Of a stretch of 64,000 bases of DNA, positions 48,580 to 61,849 are shown in pieces. Numbering within the stretch: position 1 is the stretch's first letter; every line of letters starts with the position of its first letter. The notes under the pieces are model-generated. The model was not told where the DNA came from, did no database searches, and saw only the letters and a list, made by a program, of their open reading frames with translations. The translations under genes were made by a program, and so were the position numbers. This stretch comes from Squalus acanthias. Lineage: Eukaryota. The stretch spans positions 28,088,001 through 28,152,000 of the forward strand of contig CM059433.1 in assembly GCA_030390025.1 (NCBI GenBank), read 5' to 3'.

Positions 48580-48922
48580 CTTTCTTGAGAAAAGAGAAGA
48601 CTTAGAGGTGACCCGATAGAGGTCTTCAAAATTATGAATGGGTTGGACAGGATAGATGTGGAGAGAATCCAAAACTAGGGGCCATAAATAAAAGATAGTT
48701 ACCAATAAATCCAATAGGGAAATAAGGAGAAATTTATTTACTCAGGAGTAGTTAGAATGTGGAAACTAGACAAGTACATGAGAGAAAAGGGAATAGAAAG
48801 ATATGCTGAAAGGCTGAGATGAGGTAGATGGAATGGGAGGAGACTCATGTGGACTATAAACACCAGCACAGACAAGTTGGGCCAAATGACCTGTTTCTGC
48901 ATTGTATATTCTATGTAATTCT
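48580..48922 (+). mobile_element. CR1 3' fragment
   Basis: Shares AATAAATCCAATAGGGAAATAAGGAGAAATTTATTTA with 6510-6550. Confidence 0.8.
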
Positions 48923-49204
48923 AGGCAACATTCAGCAGAGTCAAATCTCAGCTTCAACTGAAATGCAAATCTGTGGGTAAATGGCTGGATTCAACACTGC
49001 ATGATAAGAATTCCATCCCAAGCAAAACACGGAAAGACATGAAACTGTGGCAAGCGAACCCCATTATAACAAAAGGGTATTAGGGAGAGCAAGTATCCAT
49101 GTCCCCAAAAACCCACCAACATGGAGCAGTACTGACAACAGCCTCTGCTGCCCGTATCCTAACTCGCATAAAGTCCCGTTCACCCATCGCCCGAGCTCAG
49201 AAAG

Positions 49205-49662
49205 AAAGAAAGGATTTGCATTTATATAGCACCTTTCACGACCTCAGGACGTCCCAAAGTGCTTTACAGCCAATGAACTACTTTTGATTGTATTCACTGT
49301 TGGAATACAGGAAACAGCAGCCAATTTGCACACAAGGTGCCACAAACAGCATTGTGACAATGACCAGATAATCTGCTTTTATCTGATGTTGGTTGAGGGA
49401 TAAATATTGGCCAGGACACGGGGGAGAACTCCCCTGCTCTTCTTCAAAATAGTGCTGTGGGATCATTTACATTCACCTGAGAAGGCAGACGGGGCCCTAG
49501 GTTTTCGGTCTCATCCAAGTGATGGTACTCAGTGTAGCACTCCCTCAGTACTGCACTGGCGTGTCAGCTTGGATTATGTGCTCAAGTATCTGGAGTGGGA
49601 CATGAACCCACAACCTTCTGACTCCAAGCCTCGAGTGCTACCCACTGAGCCACACATCGACA
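49205..49662 (-). mobile_element. DeuSINE (SacSINE1-like)
   Basis: Sequence similarity to other copies. Confidence 0.85.
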
Positions 49663-49944
49663 TCTGGACAGTGAGCAAATTATCTTAATGCTGAGAAAGC
49701 AGCGAATCAATAATTTAGTCAGAGATCGACCATCATTACCCATCCACCACTGTGCTGTAAGGGTTGGAACTGCTCTTCATTTATGAATCCATATTTAGCT
49801 GCTTGGCTTAATGGCAACATCGAAACTACACCATCAAATAAAAACTTGATAAACAAGTGGGAATTCTCAAAAGTGCTCAACTCGAGTAACCATCCTCATC
49901 AACTTCTCTCTCCAATAAAGCGAACAGCTACCTAGTGGTAGAAT

Positions 49945-50357
49945 GGGGTTCGAGCCTCACTCCAGACACTTGAGCACATAATCTAGGCTGACACTCCAGT
50001 GCAGTACTGAGTGAGTGCGGCACTGTTGGGAGGTGTCGCTTTTCAGATGAGACGTTAAACTGAGGCCCCATCTGTCCTCTTAGGTGGATGTAAAACATCC
50101 CATAGCACTATTTAGAACAGGAGCAGGGGAGCTCTCACCAGTTTTCTGGCCAATATTCATTCCTCAACCAACATCACCAGAACAGATTATCTGGTCATTA
50201 CCACGTTGCTGCTGGGACCTTGCTGTGTGCAAATTGGCTGCCGCGTTTCCTACACTATAACAGTGACTATACTTCAAAAAGTACTGAATTGGCTGTAAAG
50301 CACTTTGGGACGTCCTGAGGACATGAAAGGTGCTATATAAATGCAAGTCTTTCTTTC
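49945..50357 (+). mobile_element. DeuSINE (SacSINE1-like)
   Basis: Sequence similarity to other copies. Confidence 0.85.
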
Positions 50358-50619
50358 AAGTAAGGCCACCACATGTTTGGAGGCAACAGGTCTTGTAATG
50401 GTATCGTGCTCCAAATACTCTGCACAAAACACCAGCAGCAAGAACTTCACTGAACCCGCTCTTGGAACTCTTCCAGAACATGTTACCACCTGGAAGCTGG
50501 TCTTTTTTTGCAGATCCAAGGCCCCTAAAGCATCTCTCGGGCCGTCGGAAATGCACAGCTTGGCCCCCCCCCCACCCACCCACCCCAGATTTAGGGGTCA
50601 TAAAAAGTAATACAGACAG

Positions 50620-50875
50620 TCACTAATAAACCCAATAAAGAAGTCAGGAGAAACTTCTTTACCCAGAGTGGAACTCACTGCCACATGGAGTAGTTGAGGC
50701 GATTTGCATTGATGCATTTAAGGGGAAGCTAGATAAACATACAAAAAAAGAAATAGAAGGACATGTTGATAGGGTTAGATGAAGTAGGGTGGGAGGTGGC
50801 TCATGTGGACGATAAACATCGGCACAGGCCAGTTGGGCCAAATGGCCTGTTTCAGCGCTGTAAATTCTATGTAAT
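50620..50875 (+). mobile_element. CR1 3' fragment
   Basis: TTCTTTACCCAGAGTG...GGGCCAAATGGCCTGTTTC tail; a similar tail at 53075-53240. Confidence 0.75.
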
Positions 50876-51639
50876 TGATAATATGGTCCCCTGGTCTTAA
50901 AATAGCTCAAATTCTAGGAAGGACAGAGAGAGAAGACATCCCCAACAAACAAAATTCCCCCCTCACACACACATGCACGTTTCTAAGGCTGAATTACAGA
51001 ATGTTAGGGTATGATAAATACTTTAGTGACCCATCCAAACTACGTGCACAAGGATCTATAACTATTTATTCTTACCGTGGGCCAGACTCTATAGGGAGCC
51101 ACACACACTTAGGTTTCCATACACATTCAAACAAGCTTAAATCAATAAAATGCTGTTCTGAGATTCATACAGGCCTGCGTACAAGAGATCTCTCAATGGA
51201 GAAGGTCATTTGATACATGTCTTCTAGATATGCAGTGCAGTGAAAGTCAAAAAATGGAACCAAACAGGAAGAATAAAAAGGTTGCTCTGGTCCATTAGTA
51301 CCCCATCGATATGAAACTAGATGATGTCTTAGTTTAAAAGCCTGGAGAAAACATCTGGCAAATCAAGCCAACCATCAATATTCATTACGGAGGTGTATAG
51401 ATCCACCTTGCTATTGAGAATACCACGGTTGTATAGACATCCATTATCAAGTATGTATCATCTTAAAATTCTTCCAAGTTATGAAAGTTAAAGGGATTTC
51501 TGCAAAAATGATTTATCCCGTTAAGAGAACAGAATGAGATCTTCCTATAGGGCCAAAGCGAATATGGGAGAATGATCCATAAGCATCCCAAATATAGTGG
51601 GCCAATTTCTACCCTTCAGCAAAATATTGGCAGCACACA

Positions 51640-52135
51640 CTCATGGAAAACACCTTACGTACACTCAATACAGGTAAATGTGTGTATTTACTCAATAGCT
51701 ACCATCATTCAGTAACCAAAGAAATAAAGCACTCAACCATTAAAAAAACTTGCACACTCCGCTTTTCACCTCACCATTTTACCAACAATAGCACAAAAAA
51801 GGATCAACCACACATGCACAAGCCACGCGACTATGACTATTGAGATCACATGTCCAATGACTACCACACATTTCTTTTTATTTGGTCCATGTGATCTCCT
51901 GAACTGGTTTCTATTGCCTGAGGGGTGTTGCAGAGGAATTTTCCAGAGAGAGAGGAGGAAGTTTCTAGTTATGATGCTCCAGCCACTTATGGTGAGGGGC
52001 AGACTTGATTAACAAGCTGGTCTTTTCCTGCCCATCAATTTTGTATGTACGTTCGCATTGACTAGTCAAAAATGCAATTAGCCACATCTGGATTCCCAAT
52101 TAGCAACATGTGATCAACATATTGAACAACACTGA
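51640..52135. mobile_element. MER3-like hAT MITE with a nested LINE tail (about 51890-52050)
   Basis: Shares TTCAGTAACCAA and TTAGCCACATCTGGATTCCCAATTAGC with 31861-32236; ends TTGAACAACACTG. Confidence 0.5.
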
Positions 52136-53302
52136 CTGTACTTACTGGCAAACTTGCGATGGTTAAGTATCCATTACTGACCAATTTGTAGAGTTTGGTT
52201 TCAGCAGAATAGTTGAAGTGAGACATATTCAGGGAATTACACATCATATTTCATACAAGTGGTCACCATTCTGTTGGCTCCACTCCAATTATTCATGAGC
52301 CTGTCCAAAAATAAATTGTCTTACAACAACCACATTTGCCTCTTCAATATAACTTGGGTATCTTGCAATGCCTTCCTTTGGTTGTTTTCTGTAATTCAGT
52401 CATTATTTCAGAATCAAAGAAAAGCCAAATTCAGTCAATTACAAATGCAACCTTAAAGCAATGGATTCAATTCTAACTTCAATTGATCTCTCAAACATTC
52501 CAAGCTTTCACATGCTCATTCCCTAGATATTCTATGGAGAGTAAACCTATGGAGAGTAAACCAATACTTTCAAGACTAATTCCCTCAAACATCAAGTCTG
52601 CTGTAGTTTGTGGATGCCTCAGGAGGTTTTTTTTTTTTGCGCAAGTCAATCAAGTTATTGGTAACTAGTTACTCGACTTTTTCTTGCACTATTACAGACA
52701 TGGAGGGGTTGTTAACCAAGGACTGCCATTCCATCCTTGCAAAATTGGTCAACAGTCCTAGGTGTATAGAATGGTACAAAAAGGGCAAACCCTCAGAAAA
52801 GGTGCATCTCAAGTCTTTGTGTTTACTCAAGGAGCACCATGGACTAGATAAACAATGATGGAAAGCTTCTCGAGATAACTGCACTCCAAACACAGCAGTA
52901 AAAGATAGTGGTCAACCGATCACAGGGAGCTTCTGCTAACTTGACAAAGTTGTGATAGGCTCGCAACCCAGTTGACGCTTCCAACCCGCACATTTCTGTT
53001 CCGTTTTTACTGTTCTTTATACTAAAAGTGATGAGAATGTGGACCTCGCTGTCACAAGTAATCGAGGCGCATAGCATTGAGGCATTTAAGGGAAGCTAGA
53101 TAAGTGCATGAGGGAGAAAGGAATAGAAGGACATGTTGATAGGGTTAGATGAAGTAGAGTGGGAGGAGGCTCAAGTGGAGCATAAACACCAGCATAGACC
53201 AGTTGGGCCAAATGGCCTGTTTTATGTAATATGTAACTTGCTTGTGAATAAAAAGCACCAGAGAAGTGATTAAACAGTAGTAAGAGAGAAGCGTCAAAGA
53301 TC

Positions 53303-53730
53303 ACGGTGGCATAGTGGTTAGCACTGGTGCCTCACAGCGCCAGAGACCCGGGTTCGAATCTGACCTCGGGTGACTGTCTGTGTGGAGTTTGCACATTCTC
53401 CCCGTGTCTGCGTGGGTTTCCTCCGGGTGCTCCGGTTTCCTCCCACAGTCCAAAAATGTGTGGGTTAGGTTGATTTGGCTATGATAAATTGACCCTTAGT
53501 GTTAGGGGGGATTAAATATGTGGGGTTATGGGGATAGGATGGGATATGTTAGGGGGAATTAAATACGTGGGGTTACGGGGGTAGGGTGGGATATGTGTAC
53601 TGTGGGGATTAAAGCAGGGACAAGGTACTGGATTTGGATGATCAGCCATGATCATATTGAATGGCGGAGCAGGCTCGACGGGCCGAATGGCCTACTCCTG
53701 CTCCTAGATTCTATGTTTCTATGTTTCTAT
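53303..53730 (+). mobile_element. V-SINE (HE1-like) with CR1-derived tail, young copy
   Basis: Intact A/B boxes, V domain, internal tandem duplication, (TTCTATGT)n tail. Confidence 0.92.
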
Positions 53731-54471
53731 CAGGTTTTAATTGAGTGACAATTTGAATTTGTAAAAACCTGATGCTTTATATCAAATATTTAAAAAGACC
53801 AATGTTGCTTCTAATTTTTTTTTGTGGGTGGTCCCTTGAACTGCCTGCGCAGCCCATTCAAATTTTTGCGCATGCGCGGTTTCTTCCAGCCTTCAAAAGT
53901 ACTTGATTGGCTGAGAGTTGCTTTGGGGCATCTGGAGGTTGTGAAATGCGCAAGAGAAATAGGAGTTCTTTGAAACACAATGGTTAAAAATTAGATGCAG
54001 GTAAAACCAATTACCCTTAAGTAATAGAATAGTTAGGTAATAGAAAGGGCACAGTGTTTTTTTTAAATATGTGGTGAAGTAGATGTATGAATTGCATTTG
54101 AGTGCAGATAACCAAGTTCATTTGGGTGCATTAAGTATACATATGACTCAAGAACAACGGAACCCCACTCCTCTATAAACAATCTTATTTTGTGCACCAG
54201 TTAATTGCGTAAAATTGTCTTGCATTGTGTCAAGGTTGGTGGTGATTGACTTGTCAATAATAACTCACATTGTGCAGGACAACACTGCAGGGAGCGGGGG
54301 TAAAGGATTCAGTGAAGCAAAACTTGGGTTTTAACAAGCTGTAGATTGTTGGAGGAAGGAGTGGCTCAGGAAGGCAGCGACTGCCATGGATTTGAGATCC
54401 TGGCAAAGAACAAGTTAGATTAGGAAGCAGTGCTGCAATTCTTCACTTCAACACAGTGAAGGTGCAGAAAG

Positions 54472-54920
54472 TAAGAAAAAGACTTGCATTTATATTGTGC
54501 CTTTCAGGACCTCAGGACGTTCCAAAGTGCTTTACAGCCAATGAAGTACCTTTGAAATGTAGTCACTGTTGTAATGTAGGAAATGCGACAGCCAGTTCAC
54601 GTAAAGCAAGCTCCCACAAACAGCAATGTGATAATGACCAGATAATTTATTTTAGTGATGTCGGTTGAGGGATAAATATTGGTCAGGACACCGTGAAGAA
54701 CTCCCCAGCTCTTCTTGAAAATAGTGCAATGGGATCTTTTATGTCCACCTGAGAGAGAGCAGATGGGGCCTCTGTTTAACATCTCATCCGAAGGACGGCA
54801 TCTTTGACAGTGCAGCACTCCCTCAGTACTGCACTGGAGTGTCAGCCTGGAGTGAGATTTGAACTCTCAACCTTCTGACTAAGAGGCGAGGGTGCTACCA
54901 ACTGAGCCACGGCTGACACC
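54472..54920 (-). mobile_element. DeuSINE (SacSINE1-like)
   Basis: Sequence similarity to other copies. Confidence 0.85.
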
Positions 54921-55166
54921 ATTGAAAGTAGATAGGTAGAGGGCTGGAGTTTACGCTTTGGGCGCAATCGGGCAAATTGAATCTTGATCCAGCATAAAAG
55001 ATTGCAGAAAACACGAGCGCAAGTAGTTTTGGGCGTAACTCACTTATGTTTAAAATTCCTCCATCTTGTATCTTGGGAGGAACCAAAGGAACAAGAGTAG
55101 AAATTTCTGTGAAGTAATGGTCAATGTAGCACTGATAAATAGAAGGGAAGGCGAAAGCACAAGAGT

Positions 55167-55170
<4 letters not shown>

Positions 55171-55212
<42 letters not shown>
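55171..55212. repeat. (GA)n microsatellite
   Basis: Direct observation. Confidence 0.95.
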
Positions 55213-55214
<2 letters not shown>

Positions 55215-55909
55215 ACAAGAAAACAGAAAGCATGGGAAAGAAAAAAGCAAGAGGAGTGAGGGCAATGACTATATGTGCAAGGAAGAAGTGGGAGAGCAAA
55301 ACACAAAGATGAAATAAAGAAAGGCTGCAAGGAAAAATAAAAAGGCAATTACAAAGACAAGAAGCAGCAATAAATCAGAAAAGTCACAAAAACAAATACA
55401 AAGTACAAACACTGCACAGTTATGGGCAGTTCATTGAGAGCACTTTTTGTGAACCATTACACAGCAGTTGGACGTCTCCCTGTGAGGCATCTTTAGGAAA
55501 TGGAAAAATCACAATACTCTGGAGGGCTGAAAGCATACTGAGGAAGCAGATTAATAGCAGCTCTCCTCTACATCTCTGCAACACGTTGCATCTGGGAGTG
55601 CCAAATACGCAGCAGCAGTCAGCCAGCTTAAGAGACAAAGTGTGTGCTTGCACTAAAATTTCATACATTGGTAATCACAGGGAAAAATTTAAATTCCTGA
55701 CCACCAACAGTGACACACACTTGTGCCTCCACACTTTATTATATAAACTGATACACTTTTATGGGCAAGAAATTTCAAACAATGTATAGTAATGTGATGT
55801 GTAAAATGAATTACAGTGATACCTTGGATTGAACTTGCTAGAACAGAGAATGTCCAAGCTCTTGTCTTCTTGGGCCACATCATGTGGCCAGAGACTCCAT
55901 GGTACTCAC

Positions 55910-56010
55910 AAAAATCAATCTTCCCAATTTTTTTGCACATAATCTCAAGTTGTTGATATGAAGAGACCTTGATGTTGATATGCGATTTATCCAAAAATGA
56001 GACAACAGTG
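55910..56010 (-). other. Candidate 101-nt internal exon of an unidentified host gene
   Basis: ATTTTTTTAG acceptor and GTGAGT donor in non-repeat sequence; two open frames, neither recognised. Confidence 0.25.
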
Positions 56011-56199
56011 CTAAAAAAATGTCCTCTCCAAATCGCCATGGCCAAAAAATTCAAACAGAACATTCAAGCAAATTAATATAAATAAAATTGGTCTTCTGTT
56101 GTCTCAGCTTCCAAGGCCAGAAGACCAGGGTACATAGGTCACACAAGCCTTAGGTTGAACAACCCTGCTCTAGAACATTGGAAACTGGTAGCTTGTAAA

Positions 56200-57635
56200 A
56201 AACAGATCTGCAAGAAATCAATGAGATGCCCAGTCATCTCCTTAAACCCCTCTCCCCTGCCCCCTCCAGCAACAAGTACAAAGAGCTCATAGACTTCTTT
56301 GTCACCTAGGTTAAGACCATCCATTCAGCTGCTTCTGCCATTACCCCCTTTCCCCTCGTTAACCAAGCCAAACTTCCCTGAAAATTCCCCCCTCCCCCCT
56401 AGTCTTAAACCTGTCATTTCCCAATTTCTCTCATCTCCACCCATGCCCTCTTGAAGCTCATTTTTTTCCCCTCCATGAGAGCCACCTCCCCTTCTGGCCC
56501 CCATTGTAAATAATCCCTCTCCTCAGTTACCGTCTCTCCCCCTTTCAAAACTGCCAGTCATCACCCCTCTCCTCGAAGAGCCAACCCTCAACCCTTCCAT
56601 CTTTGCAAACTCCCAACCCATCGTCAACCTTCCTTCTCTCTCCCCATTATCTTTGAACGTGTTGTCACCTCATAGTCCTCCAAAGACCTATCCTGGTTCC
56701 CCCTCATCTACATGCTGCCCTTGGGCGACATTATCCTTATCCAAATACATGGATAATAGGTTCCACATGTACATCGACATCACCCAGCTCTACCTCTCCA
56801 CCACTGCCTCGGAGTCGTCAGCCTCCAAATTCCAGTCCTTGATGAGCCTCAATTCCCTCCAGTTCAACATTGGGAAGACCAAAGCCATTATTCTTCGACC
56901 CCACCACAATCTCTGTACCCTTGCTACTAATTCTATTCCCCTACCTGGCCACTCTCTCAGATTGAAACCAACTATTTGCAATATCGGTGTCCTATTTCAC
57001 CCAGAGCTGAATTTCCCACCTCATATCCAAGACCACCTACTTCCATCTCCGCAACAAAGCCAACCTTCACCCTGCCTCAGCCTATCTGCTGCTGAAAGCC
57101 TCATCCACGCCTTTGTTACCACTAGACCCAGATATTCCAATGTTCTCCTGGCCAGCTTCCCATCCTCCAACCTCTTCAGCTCATCTGTATCCTATCCCCA
57201 CCAAGTTCCACTCACCCATCACTCCTGTCCTGATGACCGACACTGACAGTCAGTCCCCCAATGCCTCAAATTTAAAATTCTCATCCTGGTGTTCAATTCC
57301 CATCATTGCCTCGCCCCTCCCATCTCAAACCTTCTCTGGCCTTACAATGCTAAGAAATGCATTCTTCCACCTCTGCTCTCGTGCACCCGCAAAAGCCCTT
57401 CACCCCACCACTGGCGGTCGTGCCTTCACCTGTCCAGGTCCTAATCTCTAGAATTCTCTCCCAACACCTCATTTTAACACCCTCTGGAAAACACACCTCT
57501 TTGACCAAGGTTTTAGTCATTCCTCCAAATATCTCTTTTTGACTTGGTGTTCATTTTTGTCTGATTACACTCCTGTGAAGTGCTTTGGGATATATTTCTA
57601 CATTTAGGGCACTATAAAAATGCAAGTTGTTGTAG
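56200..57635 (+). mobile_element. Degenerate L2 LINE ORF2 and 3' end
   Basis: FHMYIDITQLY, LQFNIGKTKAI, AAESLIHAFVT motifs; tail AAATGCAAGTTGTTG. Confidence 0.85.
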
Positions 57636-57744
57636 AATTTTTATTTTTGCAGGCTTTTTGGAGGGACAGAAGAGGAGTCACATGATACAAAATTGGAAAT
57701 GACATTTCTAGTATGCTTTTGGGAGAGACAAGAGAACATGCTAC

Positions 57745-60700
57745 TTTCTCCATGAAGATCACAAAACAATGATAAAGGATGCCATTTGGTCCCATTTTAG
57801 TTCATCCATCCATCACTGCAACATTTAACAAAACACATGATTTCAGGGTTCTTGCCTCTAATACTTTTATTCAGGAATTTAAGAAGAGCTTTCTGATATC
57901 AGTCCTAAATTTGCCTTTTTTTTTAAAGTTTGAACTTGCATCCCCTTGTCCTATTCTCACAATTTAAGTTAAATATAATTCTCCAGATTCACCTTTTCCA
58001 TACTGTTTACTACCGTATATGCATCGACAAGACCAGCTCTCAGATGTCACCTTTCCAACCTGAAAAGCACACATTCCGCTCGTCGTTCCTCGTAACCGAA
58101 ACCCTTTCACACTTGGAATCAGCCTCATGATTCTTCTCTCCACTGTCTCAAGAACATGAATGTCTCCCTCCTATCTCAGCAACCATAGTGGACAAAATAT
58201 TCGAAGTGCGGTCTGACCAGAGCAACATATATAGTTTGATCCCGACTTCCTCGGACTTGTGCTTTACTGTTTTGGCTATATTGCATCACATTGTATTGGC
58301 TTTGGGGATTGCTGCTCTACATTGGTTAGACAAGTTGAGTGGAATTTACGAAGGCTCCTCAGTCTCTCAACTTCATCATTAGCTATTTCAACACTACTCA
58401 TGGAGCACGTGTGTTGTCTATATTTCCTTCCCATCTATTTACACAGATCCAGATTAAATTTCATCTGCCGAATTGCATATTTTGCCCAACTCATTCTGTA
58501 TTTTCTGAGCTGCCTTCTCCGATTCCACTGCACCTCCTAATTTGCCATCATCTCCCAAATTTGTGGCTTCCCATAGCCCACTTGAGTGGTCACTTCCTGA
58601 AAGCAGTCAAGGGAGTTGGTCAGGCAGCACCTACCCATTCTGAATCCATGCTGACCACGGTTATTGACTAGCTAATCCTCTAGTTTACCCCGGACAGATA
58701 ATTCCATTATTTTGCACAGCATTGAGGATAAATGAGTCTGTAGGTAGTTGCTGGTGTCTATTTGATCACCCGCTTTGCCTGTGGACATTCATGGGTGTGT
58801 CTCTCAATCCACTGGTACCTCTCTAATGTCTAGTGACTGCCTCATAATGATGGTCAATGCCTCACAAATCTCCTCCCAGCTCTCTCTTTACCATCGGTTC
58901 CTGGGAAATTACCAGTTTTGAGCCCTTATAGCCTGGCTAGGACTTCCATCTTATTTACATTAAAAGTAAGTGATTGCGCTTGGATTATTTCTGCTCCTCA
59001 TATCTTTGCGGTAACAATTATTCTGAATATTTACTATTTTTAGGTCCTCTTCTACTTTGACTCCGCTTGCATTTTCAGTTTCTTGCCTCTTCTCCAACTC
59101 ACTCTTCCGGTTTAAGTGCTGAAAGAATTTCTCATGTGTTTTGCCTCTGCAGCAATCATCCATTTATTTAATCTGAATTTGCAATCTCAATATTATAACT
59201 TTAAAAAGGTGCTCTGCATGTCCTCTACACTAGTGTTGAATAAGCTCGCCCAATTAGCTTGTTTTAGTTCTTCCTTCATTCCTTTGAAGACAGCCCTTGT
59301 TAAAGTTACACACATGGCTCCGGTCTTTGAACATAGGAACAGGAGTAGGCCATTTAGCCCCTCAAACCTGTTCTGCCATTCAATGAGATCATAGCTGATC
59401 TGTGACCCAACTCCATATATCCGCCTTTGCCCCATACGCCTTAACAAAAATGGTTAACGAAAATCCATCAATCTCCGATTTAAAATTAACAATTGACCTA
59501 GCATCAATTGCCTTTTGCGGAAGAGGGTTCCAAATTTCTACACTTGTGTGTAGAAGTGTTTCCTAACTTCACTCCTGAAAGGTCTTGGCTCTAATTTTTA
59601 GGCTATGTCCCCGAGTCCTAGACTCACCAACCAGTGGAAATAGTTTCTTCCGATCTACCCTATCAGTTCCCATTAACAGCTTAAGGGGCTTTGCTAACTC
59701 CTCGTTCCTTGCTCCTGTTGAATTTGATGACTGTGAAACTGTCCCCCAAGGGAGCCACAACATCCAATTCCTGTACATTGTCTGGATCATTTATGAATAC
59801 CAAGTCAAGATAAGCACAGTCTCATGTGGCTTCCCAGACACACTGAGTCATGAATGACATTCACCAACTCCAACTCTAAACTGCTTGAGTTTTATTTCAG
59901 ATTTCCAATATCTGCAGTATTTTGCTTCTGTTTTAGTATTTAATTCACTGCCACTTCTCTTCCAGGAATGCCCACCTTGAAGTTCAACACTTCTCTCCAT
60001 TTGTAAAAGCTGTTAATCTCAAACATCTTCCAGTTCTGATGGAAGGACATTGACCTTGACTTGAAACATGAACTCCCTCCATATAGATGCTGCCTGACCT
60101 GCTGAGCATTTTCTGTTTTTATTTCAGATTTCCACCATCCGCAGTATTTTACTTTTGCTTGGCTTTTATATTTGGTCGACTGAAATTGTCCATAAAAATA
60201 ACTTGCTTGTCTCCTCACATACCCTTCCGAGCTCTTCAAATGATCTTGCTTTTTATGCTGACCTGGTGGTCTGGAGCATAACCCTAGGATTAGATTGGAA
60301 TTTATTTTTATTTCTTTGCATTCGAGATGGCTAACTAGAGATCACGGTGTAATTTTCTACACCATGAATTTGAGAGAGTAGATAAAGAGAATCAATTTCC
60401 TCTTGTGGGGGAATCCAGAACAAGAGGCCATAATCTTTAAATCAGAGCCAGGCCATTCAAATCAGGAAGCTCTTTTTCCACACAAAAGGGTAGTAGAAAT
60501 CTGGAAACTCTCCACCAAAAAGCTGTGGATGCTGGGACAATTGGAGCTTTCAAGACTGAGATCGATAGATTTTTGTTAGTTAAGGGAACGGAGGGATATG
60601 GAATAAAAGCGGGTGAATGGAGTGGAGGATTGGATCAGCCATGATTTAACGGAATGGCAGAACAGGCTCAAGGAGCTGAATGGCCTACTCCTGTTCCTAT

Positions 60701-61170
60701 GATCCTCCCATAGTATCAGTTTAATTTACCTCCTAGATGTCCCCGATATATAGGGCTTTTTCTGTCCAATCTACAGTCCCAGAGGTTATATTTGTTACTA
60801 TTGCCTGGATTTAGCCATGTTCTGATATTCCTACAAATCATAGTTCCTGTAGCCACAACAGTCTCCCGTGACAGCACCTTATTTCAAATGCTTCCAGCAG
60901 CCACGTATGGGCATCTTACTCTAGAAATGCCACCTTGTGTCTGCCTTTTCCTGATCTCCGGTTCATCCATGTCAGAGTTCCTGTGTCTATACCCTCCTGT
61001 TAACTACCTTCAGCCTCATCTGATCAGATTACCTTCCTGCCTTCTTCCCTGCGCCCTGCCCCTCACCCTCACCCACCCATCTAGCTGAAATAATATCCTG
61101 GATTGCTGGCTCAATGTTCCTCCAAAGTCTTTGTTCCTACTGGATTTAGGTGCAGCCCACCTCTCCTTGC
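57745..61170 (-). mobile_element. Old CR1-type LINE relic (ORF1 end to 3' end) with nested CR1 tails (about 59330-59685 minus, 60360-60705 plus) and a Penelope repeat (about 59885-60160)
   Basis: Degenerate CR1 ORF2 motifs (VRPHFEYFVHY, NWASLF) and ORF1-end GLHLN segment at about 61080-61170. Confidence 0.55.
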
Positions 61171-61849
61171 TCCTTGACCATTTAATTATAAAAGTAATGG
61201 TTGTTTCCTCCCCACCCAGGTTTCCAACCACTTATTTACATCCTCAATTTTCTTGGGCACTTCTCTCCTATCCAAAAATGAGTAGTAGTAAAACAGAATA
61301 TTAGCTTGCACGCCCTACTTTGCGTATTGATACAATCCTCATATAATTGACTTATAGCACTCCTATATATTTTCTCCCCAAAGCATTTGCCCCTATATAG
61401 ACTACTGCCATTAGGTCCTTCCGATCTCCTTCAGAATCCCTTCGAACATTCCTGGAAATACAGCAGTCCACAGAGCACAATTACCAGATGGTCTTAAAAT
61501 GTCTTTCTTCAAATGCTAAATGCAGAATAAACTGATTTTTGCTCAATTACAGACTCAATGCAGAGATATTACTAGTCAAAAATGATATTTTTAAACGGTC
61601 ACTTATTCCAAAAACCAACTTCAATAGTTTTGCCCATGTGCAGGAGAAATTATTGTGCTATGCACAGGCCAAACAAACATGCTCCAGGAAATCATCAGCC
61701 ACGTAGGAAGTAGGACACAAATTTACAGCATCAGCCCGGCATGAGGTCCTGACGTCAGTCTGTCTGGAACCAGCTTTATCCACCCTGTTTAAGATATTGA
61801 TCATGTGATCCATTCAAATTCCAAGCAGCCTAAAAGCCCATTCAAGAAT

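Noticed and set aside
53303..53372. tRNA-like sequence with A and B boxes
   Set aside because: It is the head of a V-SINE, not a stand-alone tRNA gene
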